The position numbers and the translations under genes were made by a program. A model generated the notes under the pieces. It was not told where the DNA came from, ran no database searches, and saw only the letters and a program-made list of their open reading frames with translations. DNA of 64,000 nucleotides from Paracoccaceae bacterium (GTDB lineage: Bacteria; Pseudomonadota; Alphaproteobacteria; Rhodobacterales; Rhodobacteraceae): NCBI GenBank assembly GCA_965221545.1, contig OZ244901.1:2205891-2269890 (forward strand), given 5' to 3'. Positions within the stretch are counted from its first letter, which is position 1; each line of letters begins with the position of its first letter. Shown here one piece after another: positions 32,450-43,430 of this stretch.

Positions 32450-33544
32450 ATGGCTGAGGATGGCTCGCTTTGGGTGGCTGGCACGATGTCGGGCACTTCG
32501 CTGGACGGCGTGGATGCTGCAATGATCCGCACCGACGGGACGCGTGTCCTGGAAATCGGAAGGACGGGATATCGATCCTATGCCCCGGCCGAACGGGAGA
32601 TTCTGCGTTCTGCCTTGGGGCATGAGGACGGGAGCGAGGTCGATGCTGCCGCCGCCTTGGTCGAGGCTGCGCATGTCGAGCTTCTTTCCCGGTTCAAGGG
32701 TGCCGAACTGATCGGATTCCATGGGCAGACAACACTCCATCTTCCCGCAAAGGGACGAACGCGTCAAATCGGCGACGGCCGGTCATTGGCACACGCTCTC
32801 GGTGTGCCAGTGGTTTGGGATTTTCGCTCGGAAGACATGCGGCAAGGAGGGCAGGGTGCACCTCTGGCGCCGTTCTATCACTTTGCGCTCGCCCGAATGC
32901 TTGGATTTTCCGAGCCGGTCGTCTTCCTCAACATCGGGGGCGTTGCGAACCTCACATGGCTGGACCCTTCGCGGGATTCCCCCGAGTTTCCGGGAGCTTG
33001 CCTTGCATTTGACACTGGGCCGGGCAATGCGCCGATCAACGACCTCTGCCAAGCTCGGTTCAATGTTCCAATGGATCTGGATGGTCGATTGACTCGGGAG
33101 GGCAAAATCGATGCGGACATCCTTCAGCGCCTGATTGGACACCAGGAGTTCTTCTCAAGAAGACCTCCGAAATCCTTGGACAGAAATGCGTTTTCAGGAT
33201 GGCTGGCCGAAGTTGAACCATGCTCGCCTGCCGACGCTGCGGCAACACTCGCGGCCGGCACGGCACAGGCTGTTGCTCTTGGGCTGACCCATTGCCCGAA
33301 TTCACCCACGCGTGTCGTGGTTTCAGGAGGCGGCCGCCAGAATCCAGGCCTCATGGCATTGGTGGCGGAAGCGCTTGACTGTCGTGTCCTGCCGATAGAG
33401 GAGGTCGGGATGGATGGCGACATGCTGGAAGCGCAGGCATTCGCCTATCTCGCGGCACGTGTCCGCATGAGATTGCCGACTTCCGCTCCGGGAACAACAG
33501 GGGCAGCAAAGCCGGTCTGTGGCGGCACTATCAGCGAACCGTGA
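32450..33544 (+). CDS. anmK: Anhydro-N-acetylmuramic acid kinase
   Basis: [15 protein letters not shown]-terminal motif, [19 protein letters not shown]. Confidence 0.85.
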   Translation: MAEDGSLWVAGTMSGTSLDGVDAAMIRTDGTRVLEIGRTGYRSYAPAEREILRSALGHEDGSEVDAAAALVEAAHVELLSRFKGAELIGFHGQTTLHLPAKGRTRQIGDGRSLAHALGVPVVWDFRSEDMRQGGQGAPLAPFYHFALARMLGFSEPVVFLNIGGVANLTWLDPSRDSPEFPGACLAFDTGPGNAPINDLCQARFNVPMDLDGRLTREGKIDADILQRLIGHQEFFSRRPPKSLDRNAFSGWLAEVEPCSPADAAATLAAGTAQAVALGLTHCPNSPTRVVVSGGGRQNPGLMALVAEALDCRVLPIEEVGMDGDMLEAQAFAYLAARVRMRLPTSAPGTTGAAKPVCGGTISEP

Positions 33545-33652
33545 GGAATTCGGCGAATCTGGAATTCCTTGGGAGTCGCGGCGTGCCATGTCATGCAGCC
33601 TCCGAACCATGTATGCGGCATGGCATCGCGAGGTGGCGCGCAAGGCCGCACG

Positions 33653-34366
33653 TCAGGTCGAAGGGTCATCGATGAGAGGGTCGGGCTTCGCGAAGCGCTT
33701 GAGATCCTCGATGTCGGCAATTCTTATGCGGTTGCCGTCGATGGCCACGCCATAGTGGCGCAAGGCCTTAAATGCCCGGCTCAGGTTTTCAGGAGTCATG
33801 CCGAGCATGGACGCAAGCCGCCGCTTCTCGAACCGAAGGTCGAATTCTGCCGCGTCATCTGAGTGCCTTTGTTGCAGCAGCAGGTAATTTGCAAGCCGCT
33901 CTAGTGAAGTCCTGAGCTTGAGGTCTTTTTGCGCCTTGATGACCGAGCGGTAACATTGCGCAAGCTCCGTCACGATGGCGCGTGCAAAGCCCTGGTCTAC
34001 ATCAAAAACGGCTCTGACATCCTGACTGGGGATCAGTGCGATGCGGCTCTTTTCAAGAGTTCTTGCCGACATAAGGTAAGGAGCATCCTTGATCGTTGCA
34101 GCGAGAATAAAGGTGGAGACCGGCCAGACGGTTGCCATGCTTGTCTCGCGTCCATTCCACGTCGAGAACAAGTCGACGGAACCGGAAAGAACGATGTGCA
34201 GGAAGTCGCTCGAATCGCCTTCGGTAATCAGTTCGATGCGCGGCGGGAAGTTCTGAACGTAGCCGCCGCGCATGAGCGTCATGAATTGCTCATCCGCCAC
34301 TTCCGAAAACAGATGCAGTTCGCGAATGTCAGGGTAGTCCGATTCGGGCATGCCTAAGCGCGCCAT
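33653..34366 (-). CDS. Crp/Fnr-family transcriptional regulator without an N-terminal Cys cluster (NarR/NnrR-like), divergent from narK
   Basis: cNMP-binding-like domain plus C-terminal HTH (RLASMLGMTPENLSRAFKAL). RBS GGAAGGG lies 6 nt before ATG 34366. Its position mirrors narR of Paracoccus. Confidence 0.8.
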   Translation of the reverse strand: MARLGMPESDYPDIRELHLFSEVADEQFMTLMRGGYVQNFPPRIELITEGDSSDFLHIVLSGSVDLFSTWNGRETSMATVWPVSTFILAATIKDAPYLMSARTLEKSRIALIPSQDVRAVFDVDQGFARAIVTELAQCYRSVIKAQKDLKLRTSLERLANYLLLQQRHSDDAAEFDLRFEKRRLASMLGMTPENLSRAFKALRHYGVAIDGNRIRIADIEDLKRFAKPDPLIDDPST

Positions 34367-34396
34367 TGAAAACCCTTCCACGATGAGCGCACGGAC

Positions 34397-34410
34397 TTGA
34401 CAGATATCAA
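34397..34410. promoter_or_regulatory. FNR-type box TTGAC-N4-ATCAA
   Basis: TTGACAGATATCAA, 31 bp upstream of the regulator start (minus strand). Possible autoregulation site. Confidence 0.5.
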
Positions 34411-34511
34411 GCGCACGATTGTCCTTTGCCCAAGTACGCCTTGACGGGTCATTGTCCGCAACATGAAGAATTTTGGCAACGCATTTATTTTGCGATGCCG
34501 TTTCTGTTTTC

Positions 34512-34525
34512 TTGATCTGAATCAA
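34512..34525. promoter_or_regulatory. Perfect FNR-type box TTGAT-N4-ATCAA upstream of narK
   Basis: TTGATCTGAATCAA, centred about 93 bp upstream of the narK ATG (34612). Confidence 0.7.
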
Positions 34526-34611
34526 GTCATCAGCGTTCCCGATACCTGCACACTCCGCCGCGAACCCGCCATGGGTGCTTGGCCTTTACGCGAGCGCCGG
34601 AGGAGCAACAA

Positions 34612-35937
34612 ATGCAGGCACAACACGAAATTCCGCTTTCAGATCAATACCGTGCGCTAGGACTGAGCACTTTCGCATTCACGGTCTGCTTTGCGGTCTG
34701 GACGATATTTTCGATCATCGGGGTCAAGATAAAACAAGATCTTGGCCTCAACGACACGCAATTCGGGTTGCTGGTCGCAACACCCGTGCTGACCGGCTCG
34801 ATAAGCCGCATTTTCCTTGGCGTCTGGACAGAGCAGTTCGGTGGCCGAATCATGTTTCCACTGCAGATGCTGATCACCGCAGTTGCTGTCTGGCTGCTGA
34901 CCAGCGTACAGACCTACGAGGTGTTCCTGCTGGCAGCTCTCGGACTTGGTCTTGCTGGCGGATCCTTCATCGTTGGCGTGGCCTACACGTCTCGCTGGTT
35001 CGACAAGGAGCACCAAGGCACGGCGCTTGGCATCTTCGGAGCCGGCAACGTAGGTGCCGCCGTCACGAACTTTGCGGCTCCGTTCCTCGTGGTCGCGCTT
35101 GGCTGGGAGGGCACGGCGCGGATCTACGCCATTGCATTGGCGATCACGGCCGTGCTCTTTTACGCATTTGCGAAGACCGACCCGGTTCAGGAGGAGCGAA
35201 GGCGTACCGGCCGGCGACCGGTGTCGGCAGGCTCGCAACTCGAGCCGCTGAAGAACATCCAGGTTTGGCGCTTTGCCACCTACTACTTCTTCGTGTTCGG
35301 CGCATTCGTGGCATTGGCAAGCTTCCTGCCGCGCTATTACGTCGGTGCTTATGGACTTGAGCTCACGGTAGCAGGCGTATTTGCCGGTCTTTACTCGCTT
35401 CCGGGATCAGTATTCCGCGCCCTCGGCGGATGGATGACGGACATTTGGGGCGCCCGGTTCGTGATGTACCTGACTTTCATCGGTTCGCTCCTGATCCTTT
35501 TCGTCATGAGCTATCCCCAGACAACCTATGTTGTGCAGGGCATCGCTGGCCCGATCGAGTTCAACTTTGGCTTGAGCGCGGGCTTTTTCGTCGCACTGAC
35601 AGTGGTCCTCGGCTTTCTCATGAGCCTCGGAAAGGCCGCGGTCTACAAGCACATCCCGGTCTACTACCCTCACCATGTCGGCTCGGTCGGCGGTCTGGTT
35701 GGGATGATCGGTGGGCTCGGCGGCTTCGTCCTGCCCATCGCGTTCGGCATTCTGCTGGACACCACGGGTGTCTGGACCGCCCCGTACATGCTGTTATTCG
35801 GGATTGTCCTCGTGTCAACGGTCTGGATGCACGTCGCCATCCGCCGGATGGAGCGCGTCCGCCACCCGGCGCTGGCCGAAGAGATCTACCTCTCAGATGT
35901 TCCGCACGAGCCGCATCCGGCACCGGCCGGCCATTGA
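34612..35937 (+). CDS. narK: MFS nitrate/nitrite transporter (NarK1-like)
   Basis: 12-TM MFS protein with NNP-family motifs. RBS GGAGGA upstream of ATG 34612. First gene of the nar cluster. Confidence 0.85.
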   Translation: MQAQHEIPLSDQYRALGLSTFAFTVCFAVWTIFSIIGVKIKQDLGLNDTQFGLLVATPVLTGSISRIFLGVWTEQFGGRIMFPLQMLITAVAVWLLTSVQTYEVFLLAALGLGLAGGSFIVGVAYTSRWFDKEHQGTALGIFGAGNVGAAVTNFAAPFLVVALGWEGTARIYAIALAITAVLFYAFAKTDPVQEERRRTGRRPVSAGSQLEPLKNIQVWRFATYYFFVFGAFVALASFLPRYYVGAYGLELTVAGVFAGLYSLPGSVFRALGGWMTDIWGARFVMYLTFIGSLLILFVMSYPQTTYVVQGIAGPIEFNFGLSAGFFVALTVVLGFLMSLGKAAVYKHIPVYYPHHVGSVGGLVGMIGGLGGFVLPIAFGILLDTTGVWTAPYMLLFGIVLVSTVWMHVAIRRMERVRHPALAEEIYLSDVPHEPHPAPAGH

Positions 35938-36005
35938 TCTGGCAAAGGATCGGGCCGCCAGTTTGACGGCCCGGCCACTCAAGCACAGCCGAAAGGACCG
36001 AGCAC

Positions 36006-37400
36006 ATGACGTTCAAGGACAACGAAGCAGGGCAGAAAGGTCGCATGCTGGTGGACTGGCGTCCCGAGGACGAGACTTTCTGGAAGGAGAGGGGTCACGC
36101 CATCGCAACCCGGAATCTCTGGATCTCGATTCCGTGCCTTCTTCTTGCTTTCTCGGTGTGGATGGTCTGGTCGGTAGTGGTAGCCAGGCTTCCTGCCATC
36201 GGATTCGAGTACACGACCGATCAGCTGTTCTGGCTTGCTGCGCTTCCTGGGCTGTCAGGGGCGACACTTCGAATCTTCTACAGCTTCATGATCCCGATCT
36301 TCGGCGGGAGGCTCTGGACAACGATGTCTACGGCATCGCTTCTTCTGCCTGCCATAGGCATCGGCGTGGCCGTTCAGAACCCCGACACGAGCTATCTCGT
36401 CTTCTTGGTCCTGGCTTTGCTTTGCGGATTTGGCGGCGGGAACTTTGCGTCGTCGATGGCAAACATTGCCTACTTCTTTCCCAAGAAGACGAAAGGCAAT
36501 GCGCTCGCATTGAATGCGGGGCTGGGCAACCTGGGCGTGTCCGTCATGCAGTTCGTCGTGCCGATCGTCATCACGATCGGAGTGTTCGGCGCAATTGGCG
36601 GCGGGCCCCAGGAACTGGCTGACGGCAGCCGGCTCTGGCTGCAGAACGCCGGATTCGTTTGGGTGCCGTTCATCGTTGTCTCCGTCATCGCAGCCTGGTT
36701 TGGGATGAACGACATCGCGGATGCCAGGGCTTCGCTGTCGAACCAGCTGACCATCCTCGAGCGCAAGCACAACTGGATCATGTGCATCCTTTACACCGGG
36801 ACATTCGGGAGCTTCATCGGCTATTCCGCAGGCTTCCCGTTATTGATGAAGACGCAGTTCCCAGAGGTGAATGTTCTTCAGTACGCGTTTCTCGGACCGC
36901 TCGTCGGCGCACTTAGCCGTGCTGCGACAGGATGGATCTCTGACAGGTTCGGCGGCGGTCGCGTGACCTTCTGGGTATTCCTCGGGATGGCCATTGCGGT
37001 CTTCGGCGTCCTTCAGTTCCTGCCGCGGGGCAATGAAGACGGGAGTTTCTGGGGCTTCTTCTTCTGCTTCATGGCCCTTTTCTTCCTGACTGGCGTCGGC
37101 AACGCTTCGACCTTTCAGATGATCCCGTCGATCATGCGGCTGGAGATCCCCCGGCTCCATCCAGACATCGGCGAGGCCGAAACGCATCGGCAAGCCGAGA
37201 TGGAAGGCGCGGCCATCATCGCGTTCACAAGCGCGATCGCCGCCTATGGAGCCTTTTTCATCCCCAAGGCCTACGGCACGTCGATCAGCATAACAGGAGG
37301 GCCAGCGGCAGCGCTTTGGTGTTTCCTGATCTTTTACGTGGTCTGCGTTGTTATCACGTGGGTCTTTTACACGCGCAAGAATGCACCGGTCCCATGCTGA
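36006..37400 (+). CDS. narK: MFS nitrate/nitrite antiporter (NarK2-like)
   Basis: NNP family (GGGNFASSMANIAYFFP, ALNAGLGNLG). Second tandem narK paralogue. Confidence 0.85.
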   Translation: MTFKDNEAGQKGRMLVDWRPEDETFWKERGHAIATRNLWISIPCLLLAFSVWMVWSVVVARLPAIGFEYTTDQLFWLAALPGLSGATLRIFYSFMIPIFGGRLWTTMSTASLLLPAIGIGVAVQNPDTSYLVFLVLALLCGFGGGNFASSMANIAYFFPKKTKGNALALNAGLGNLGVSVMQFVVPIVITIGVFGAIGGGPQELADGSRLWLQNAGFVWVPFIVVSVIAAWFGMNDIADARASLSNQLTILERKHNWIMCILYTGTFGSFIGYSAGFPLLMKTQFPEVNVLQYAFLGPLVGALSRAATGWISDRFGGGRVTFWVFLGMAIAVFGVLQFLPRGNEDGSFWGFFFCFMALFFLTGVGNASTFQMIPSIMRLEIPRLHPDIGEAETHRQAEMEGAAIIAFTSAIAAYGAFFIPKAYGTSISITGGPAAALWCFLIFYVVCVVITWVFYTRKNAPVPC

Positions 37401-37454
37401 GCAACAGGCAAAAGCGACGCATGATCACGCACGGATGACCTCAGGAGAAATGAC

Positions 37455-40400
37455 ATGAGCCACTTGCTCGACAGAATGAACTTCCTGCAGCCGAAGGAAC
37501 TTGAGCAATTCTCGGACGGCCACGGTCAAGTGACCCGCGAGAGTCGCGACTGGGAAGACGTCTACAGAAACCGCTGGCGGCATGACAAGGTTGTCCGCTC
37601 GACGCATGGCGTGAACTGCACCGGGTCCTGCTCGTGGAAAATCTACGTGAAGTCCGGGATCGTCACCTGGGAAACCCAGCACACAGACTACCCGCGCACG
37701 AGGCCCGACCTGCCGAACCATGAACCGCGCGGCTGTGCGCGCGGCGCCTCCTACAGCTGGTATCTCTACAGCGCCAACAGGGTGAAGCATCCGCTCGTGC
37801 GGGGACGGCTCATGAAGGCATGGCGGGAACTGCGCGCGACAATGACGCCTGTTGAAGCCTGGACCAGGATGCAGAGCGATCCGGAACTCCGCTCCTCCTA
37901 CGTCGCGACTCGCGGCAAGGGCGGCTTCGTTCGCGCATCTTGGGACGAGGCAACCGAGATCATTGCGGCGGCCAATGCCTGCACCGTCAAGACCTACGGT
38001 CCCGACCGGGTCTTTGGCTTTTCGCCGATCCCCGCGATGTCGATGATCTCCTATGCCGCCGGCTCGCGATACCTCAGCTTGCTGGGCGGGGTCTGCATGT
38101 CGTTTTACGACTGGTATTGCGACCTGCCCCCGGCATCACCAATGACCTGGGGCGAACAGACAGACGTGCCGGAAAGCGCCGACTGGTACAACGCCGCCTA
38201 CCTGATCCTGTGGGGATCAAACGTGCCGCAGACCCGGACACCGGATGCACACTTCTACACGGAAGCACGCTATCGCGGCGCCAAGTCCGCCGTGATCTGC
38301 CCCGACTACTCCGAGGCCGCCAAATTCGGTGACGTCTGGCTGAACGTGAAGCAGGGCACCGATGCCGCGCTGGCCATGGCGTTCGGCCATGTCATCCTGC
38401 GCGAGTTCCACCTCGACCGGCAAGCAGAGTACTTCGAGGACTACTGTCGCAAGTATTCTGACTTTCCGATGCTCGTGAGGCTCGACGAAAGGGACGGCAG
38501 GCTCGTCCCGGGTCGCTTCCTGCGGGCCGCAGACCTGGATGGCGCACTTGGCGAGGACAACAACCCCGAGTGGAAGACCGTCGCGATAGACGAGAGTTCC
38601 GGGACGCTTGTCTCGCCAAATGGTTCCATCGGCTACCGCTGGGGCGAGCACGGTGAATGGAACCTGGAGGAAAGGGCTTCCGGTTCGGACGTCTCGCTCA
38701 TGATGTCGCTGATCCTCGACGATTGTCATGACGAGGTGGCGGGCGTCGACTTTCCGTATTTCGGCGCGGATGCAAGCCCGGCCTTCGCGACCGGTGACGA
38801 CCGCCCGAATGTCCTGACGAGAAACGTGCCGATCAGGCGCATCAAGACCGTTGAGGGCGAAACGGCTGTTGCTACCGTCTTCGATCTCTTCTGCGCCAAC
38901 TATGGCCTCGACCGGGGGCTCGGCGGCGACTGGGTGTCGGACACCTACGACAAGGACGTGCCGGGTACGCCTGCCTGGGCCGAGAGGATCACGGGCGTGT
39001 CCGCCGACAAGATCGTCCATGTCGCTCGCGAATTCGCGTACAGCGCAGAGAAGACCCGGGGCAAGTCGATGATCATCATCGGTGCGGCAATGAACCACTG
39101 GTATCACATGGACATGAACTACCGCGGCGTCATCAACATGCTGGTGATGTGCGGTTGCGTGGGTCAGTCGGGCGGCGGCTGGGCGCATTACGTTGGGCAG
39201 GAAAAGCTGCGACCGCAGACTGGCTGGCTGCCTCTTGCGTTTGCGCTCGACTGGGCTCGCCCGCCCCGGCACATGAATTCGACGTCCGCCTGGTATGCAC
39301 ATACCGACCAATGGCGTTACGAGACGCTGACGACAGACGAAATCCTGTCTCCGACCGCGCCGGAAGGCGACTGGGACATCAGCATGATCGACTACAACAT
39401 TCGCGCCGAACGGATGGGATGGCTGCCATCCGCGCCGCAGCTCCGCACGAACCCGCTTGCGGTTGCCAAGTCTGCGAAGGAGGCGGGCAAGGAGATTCCA
39501 GGCTACGTGGCCGAGCAATTGAAGTCCGGCAAGCTGAACATGTCCTGCGAGGATCCGGACGCGCCCGAGAACTGGCCGCGCAATCTCTTCGTCTGGCGGT
39601 CGAATCTTCTTGGGTCGTCCGGCAAGGGACACGAGTATTTCCTCAAGCACCTTCTCGGGACCGATCACGGCGTTCTTGGCCGTGACCTGGGAGAGGAAGG
39701 GCGTGAACGGCCGAAAGAAGCTAAGTGGCACGAGGAGGCGCCTCGCGGGAAGCTCGATCTTCTCGTCTGCATTGACTTTCGGATGTCCACCACGGCCGTC
39801 TATTCCGACGTCGTGCTGCCGACGGCCAGTTGGTACGAGAAGAACGACCTCAACACTTCGGACATGCATCCATTCATCCATCCGCTGCAGGCTGCCGTGG
39901 ATCCCGCGTACGAAAGCAAGTCGGATTGGGAGATATTCAAGGCGATCGCCTGCAAGTTCCAGGAAGTCGCGCCGGAGATCCTCGGTGTCGAAACCGACAT
40001 CGTTGCGTTGCCGGTCCTGCATGACACGCCCGCCGAGATTGCCCAGGACCAGGTGAGGGACTGGAAGAAGGGGGAATGCGACCTTATCCCGGGCAAGACG
40101 GCACCGAACTTCGTTGCGGTTGAACGAGACTACACTGCAATCGGCGACAGGTTCTGCGCCCTTGGGCCTCTCATGGACAAGATCGGCAACGGCGGGAAGG
40201 GAATTTCCTGGGAAACGGGACAAGAGGTCCAGCACCTGCGCGAGTTGAACGGCGTGTGGGAGGATGGGCCGGCAAAGGGCTGCCCGAAGATCATCACGGA
40301 CATCGACGCGAGCGAGGTCGTGTTGATGCTCGCGCCTGAATCGAATGGCGAGGTTGCGGTCAAGGCATGGGAAGCGCTCAGCAAGACCACTGGTCGTGAA

Positions 40401-41195
40401 CTTGAACACCTGGCACGGCCAAAGGAAGACGAGAAGATCCGCTTCCACGACATTGCCGCGCAGCCAAGGAAGATCATCTCGTCACCGACTTGGTCCGGCT
40501 TGGAGAGTGAAGATGTCTGCTACAATGCCGGCTACACCAACGTTCACGAGTTGATTCCATGGCGCACGCTGACTGGCCGTCAGCAATTGTATCAGGATCA
40601 TCTGTGGATGCGAGCCTTCGGCGAAGGACTGATGTCCTATCGTCCTCCGGTCGATCTCAAGTCGATCACGAAGGAGATCAACCTGGATGCCAAGGACGGG
40701 TCGCCGCACGTCGTCCTGAACTTCATTACGCCGCACCAGAAATGGGGCATCCACTCCACGTATTCCGACAACCTGCTGATGCTGACGCTTAATCGAGGAG
40801 GGCCTGTGATCTGGATCTCCGAGAACGATGCAACCGAAGCCGGAATTGTCGATAACGACTGGGTCGAGCTCTACAACGCAAACGGCGCCCTGACGGCCCG
40901 CGCGGTCGTGTCCCAGCGGATCAAGGACGGTACGACGTTCATGTATCATGCGCAGGAGAAGATCGTGAACACGCCCGGTTCCGAGCGAACCGGCAAGCGT
41001 GGCGGCATCCACAACTCAGTTACGCGGGCGGTGCTGAAGCCGACTCACATGATTGGCGGCTACGCGCAGCAGTCCTACGGATTCAACTACTACGGCACAG
41101 TAGGCTCGAACCGGGACGAGTTCGTCATTGTTCGCAAGATGCGAAAGGTTGACTGGCTCGACGGTGAAGCAAAGACGAAGGAGGCAGCAGAATGA
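37455..41195 (+). CDS. narG: Respiratory nitrate reductase alpha subunit
   Basis: 1246 aa. N-terminal HGVNCTGSCSW FS0 cluster motif and a Mo-bisMGD enzyme core. Confidence 0.97.
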   Translation: MSHLLDRMNFLQPKELEQFSDGHGQVTRESRDWEDVYRNRWRHDKVVRSTHGVNCTGSCSWKIYVKSGIVTWETQHTDYPRTRPDLPNHEPRGCARGASYSWYLYSANRVKHPLVRGRLMKAWRELRATMTPVEAWTRMQSDPELRSSYVATRGKGGFVRASWDEATEIIAAANACTVKTYGPDRVFGFSPIPAMSMISYAAGSRYLSLLGGVCMSFYDWYCDLPPASPMTWGEQTDVPESADWYNAAYLILWGSNVPQTRTPDAHFYTEARYRGAKSAVICPDYSEAAKFGDVWLNVKQGTDAALAMAFGHVILREFHLDRQAEYFEDYCRKYSDFPMLVRLDERDGRLVPGRFLRAADLDGALGEDNNPEWKTVAIDESSGTLVSPNGSIGYRWGEHGEWNLEERASGSDVSLMMSLILDDCHDEVAGVDFPYFGADASPAFATGDDRPNVLTRNVPIRRIKTVEGETAVATVFDLFCANYGLDRGLGGDWVSDTYDKDVPGTPAWAERITGVSADKIVHVAREFAYSAEKTRGKSMIIIGAAMNHWYHMDMNYRGVINMLVMCGCVGQSGGGWAHYVGQEKLRPQTGWLPLAFALDWARPPRHMNSTSAWYAHTDQWRYETLTTDEILSPTAPEGDWDISMIDYNIRAERMGWLPSAPQLRTNPLAVAKSAKEAGKEIPGYVAEQLKSGKLNMSCEDPDAPENWPRNLFVWRSNLLGSSGKGHEYFLKHLLGTDHGVLGRDLGEEGRERPKEAKWHEEAPRGKLDLLVCIDFRMSTTAVYSDVVLPTASWYEKNDLNTSDMHPFIHPLQAAVDPAYESKSDWEIFKAIACKFQEVAPEILGVETDIVALPVLHDTPAEIAQDQVRDWKKGECDLIPGKTAPNFVAVERDYTAIGDRFCALGPLMDKIGNGGKGISWETGQEVQHLRELNGVWEDGPAKGCPKIITDIDASEVVLMLAPESNGEVAVKAWEALSKTTGRELEHLARPKEDEKIRFHDIAAQPRKIISSPTWSGLESEDVCYNAGYTNVHELIPWRTLTGRQQLYQDHLWMRAFGEGLMSYRPPVDLKSITKEINLDAKDGSPHVVLNFITPHQKWGIHSTYSDNLLMLTLNRGGPVIWISENDATEAGIVDNDWVELYNANGALTARAVVSQRIKDGTTFMYHAQEKIVNTPGSERTGKRGGIHNSVTRAVLKPTHMIGGYAQQSYGFNYYGTVGSNRDEFVIVRKMRKVDWLDGEAKTKEAAE

Positions 41196-42715
41196 GAGTG
41201 CGTGCGCAAATCGGCATGGTGTTGAACCTAGACAAGTGCATCGGATGTCACACCTGCTCCGTCACCTGCAAGAACGTCTGGACGAGCCGCGACGGCGTGG
41301 AATACGCGTGGTTCAACAACGTCGAAACAAAACCGGGTACCGGCTACCCGACCGACTGGGAGAACCAGGCGCGCTGGAAGGGCGGCTGGGAGAGGACACG
41401 TTCCGGCAAGCTCCAGCCAAGGCAAGGTTCCAAGTGGCGAATCCTGGCAAACATCTTCGCAAATCCGGACCTTCCGGAAATCGACGACTACTACGAGCCG
41501 TTCGACTTTGATTACGACCACCTTCAGTCGGCGCCGGAATCGGAGGCGTTTCCGACGGCACGTGCCCGCTCTCAGATTACCGGGAAACGGATCGAGAAAA
41601 TCGAGAAGGGCCCGAACTGGGAGGAAATCCTGGGCGGGGAATTCTCCAAGCGCAGTCAGGACTACAACTTCGAAGGCGTGCAAAAGGAGATCTACGGGGA
41701 ATACGAGAACACTTTCATGATGTATCTCCCGCGCCTCTGCGAACACTGCCTGAACCCGTCCTGTGCCGCATCATGCCCCTCCGGAGCGATCTACAAGCGC
41801 GAGGAGGACGGAATCGTCTTGATCGACCAGGAAAAGTGTCGGGGCTGGAGAATGTGCGTCTCTGGCTGTCCTTACAAGAAAGTCTATTACAACTGGTCAA
41901 CCGGAAAGTCCGAAAAGTGCACTCTTTGCTACCCGCGGATCGAGAGCGGCAATCCCACCGTATGCTCGGAAACCTGCGTGGGCCGCATCCGCTACATCGG
42001 CGTGATGCTCTACGATGCCGACAGGATCGAGGAAGCCGCGAACGTGGCTGACACGAAGGATCTGTACGATGCACAGCTAGGGATATTCCTTGATCCGCAG
42101 GACCCGGAAATCGTGGAAACGGCTCGAGCCGACGGCATTCCCGGCGACTGGATAAAGGCCGCGCAGGAAAGCCCGATCTGGAAAATGGCGATGGAATGGA
42201 AAGTCGCGTTTCCACTGCATCCCGAGTACCGGACATTGCCAATGGTCTGGTACATCCCGCCGCTTTCACCGATTCAGAATGCGGCCGAGGCAGGCGCGAT
42301 CGGCGTGGAAGGCGCGATGCCTGACGTGCGGAATCTCCGCATCCCGCTGCGCTACCTCGCCAACATGCTGACGGCAGGAGACGAAGAGCCCATTGCGCGG
42401 GCCCTGGAACGGATGCTGGCCATGCGCAGTTACATGCGGGCCAAGACTCTGGATGGTGTGAATGACGAGGGCATAGCGGCCCGTGTCGGACTGACGGGTC
42501 GCGTGATCGAGGACATGTACCGGATCATGGCACTGGCCGACTACGAGGATCGTTTCGTGATCCCGACCACGCATCGCGAGGAAGTTGAGGATGCCTATGA
42601 CCTCCGGGGCGACTGTGGCTTCACCGACGGCAATGGATGCTCGACGGGAATCTCCACCGGATCGTTGTTTGGCGGCACCCGAAAGCCCCTGAAGATGCCT
42701 ACGGAGGTGACGTGA
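41192..42715 (+). CDS. narH: Respiratory nitrate reductase beta subunit
   Basis: Four ferredoxin-type Cys clusters (CIGCHTCSVTC, CEHCLNPSC, CRGWRMCVSGC, CTLCYPR). ATGA overlap with narG. Confidence 0.97.
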   Translation: MRVRAQIGMVLNLDKCIGCHTCSVTCKNVWTSRDGVEYAWFNNVETKPGTGYPTDWENQARWKGGWERTRSGKLQPRQGSKWRILANIFANPDLPEIDDYYEPFDFDYDHLQSAPESEAFPTARARSQITGKRIEKIEKGPNWEEILGGEFSKRSQDYNFEGVQKEIYGEYENTFMMYLPRLCEHCLNPSCAASCPSGAIYKREEDGIVLIDQEKCRGWRMCVSGCPYKKVYYNWSTGKSEKCTLCYPRIESGNPTVCSETCVGRIRYIGVMLYDADRIEEAANVADTKDLYDAQLGIFLDPQDPEIVETARADGIPGDWIKAAQESPIWKMAMEWKVAFPLHPEYRTLPMVWYIPPLSPIQNAAEAGAIGVEGAMPDVRNLRIPLRYLANMLTAGDEEPIARALERMLAMRSYMRAKTLDGVNDEGIAARVGLTGRVIEDMYRIMALADYEDRFVIPTTHREEVEDAYDLRGDCGFTDGNGCSTGISTGSLFGGTRKPLKMPTEVT

Positions 42716-43419
42716 TGGACCGCACGCTCAAGGCCTTGTCCCTGATTCTCAGCTATCCGACGCTGGACCTGAAGGCCGCCTCGCAGGAAATCGAGGACAT
42801 TCTCGACTTGGATCGCCGTCTGAGCGGCACCACTCGCAAGTCCTTGCGTCATCTGGTGCAGGAACTCCGGTCACGCGACATCTACGAATTGGAAGAGCAG
42901 TACGTGGGTCTTTTTGATCGTTCGCGCACGCTATCCTTGAACCTCTTCGAACATGTCCATGGCGAGAGCAGGGATCGAGGCGGCGCAATGGTGTCGCTTC
43001 TCGAGACCTACCGGGCAGGGGGGTTCGATCTTGCGACGACGGAATTGCCTGATCACTTGCCGGTAGTCCTCGAGTTCCTTGCGATGCGTCCTCCTCTGGA
43101 GGCGCAGGAAGTCCTGGCCGACGCAGGGCATATTCTTGAAGCTCTGAGCATCAGGCACTCTCGGCGAAAGAGCCCGTATTGCGGGGTGTTTGACGCCCTT
43201 CTAGAGCTCTCGGGAACGAAGGCCGATCGCGCTGCAGTCACGGAACTGCTCGGGCAGCCCGAAATCGATCCAGACAACCTGGAAGCGCTGGACGAGATCT
43301 GGGAGGAGAGCGAGGTCCGCTTCGGGCCCGACCCAGGGTCTGGGTGCCCGCAGGCGCGGGACATCCTTGCCCGGATCGATGAACCGGTACGCCCGGCGTC
43401 CGGTGCAACAACTCATTGA
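42715..43419 (+). CDS. narJ: Nitrate reductase molybdenum cofactor assembly chaperone
   Basis: Position and size. LKALSLILSYPT...LEEQYVGLFD pattern. Its start overlaps the narH stop. Confidence 0.9.
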   Translation: MDRTLKALSLILSYPTLDLKAASQEIEDILDLDRRLSGTTRKSLRHLVQELRSRDIYELEEQYVGLFDRSRTLSLNLFEHVHGESRDRGGAMVSLLETYRAGGFDLATTELPDHLPVVLEFLAMRPPLEAQEVLADAGHILEALSIRHSRRKSPYCGVFDALLELSGTKADRAAVTELLGQPEIDPDNLEALDEIWEESEVRFGPDPGSGCPQARDILARIDEPVRPASGATTH

Positions 43420-43430
43420 CGGAGGCCCAA

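Noticed and set aside
38217-40448. 743-aa ORF on the minus strand inside narG
   Set aside because: It is fully antisense to an unambiguous narG. The Arg/Pro/Gly/His-rich composition is typical of an off-frame read of high-G+C coding DNA, and there is no recognisable motif.
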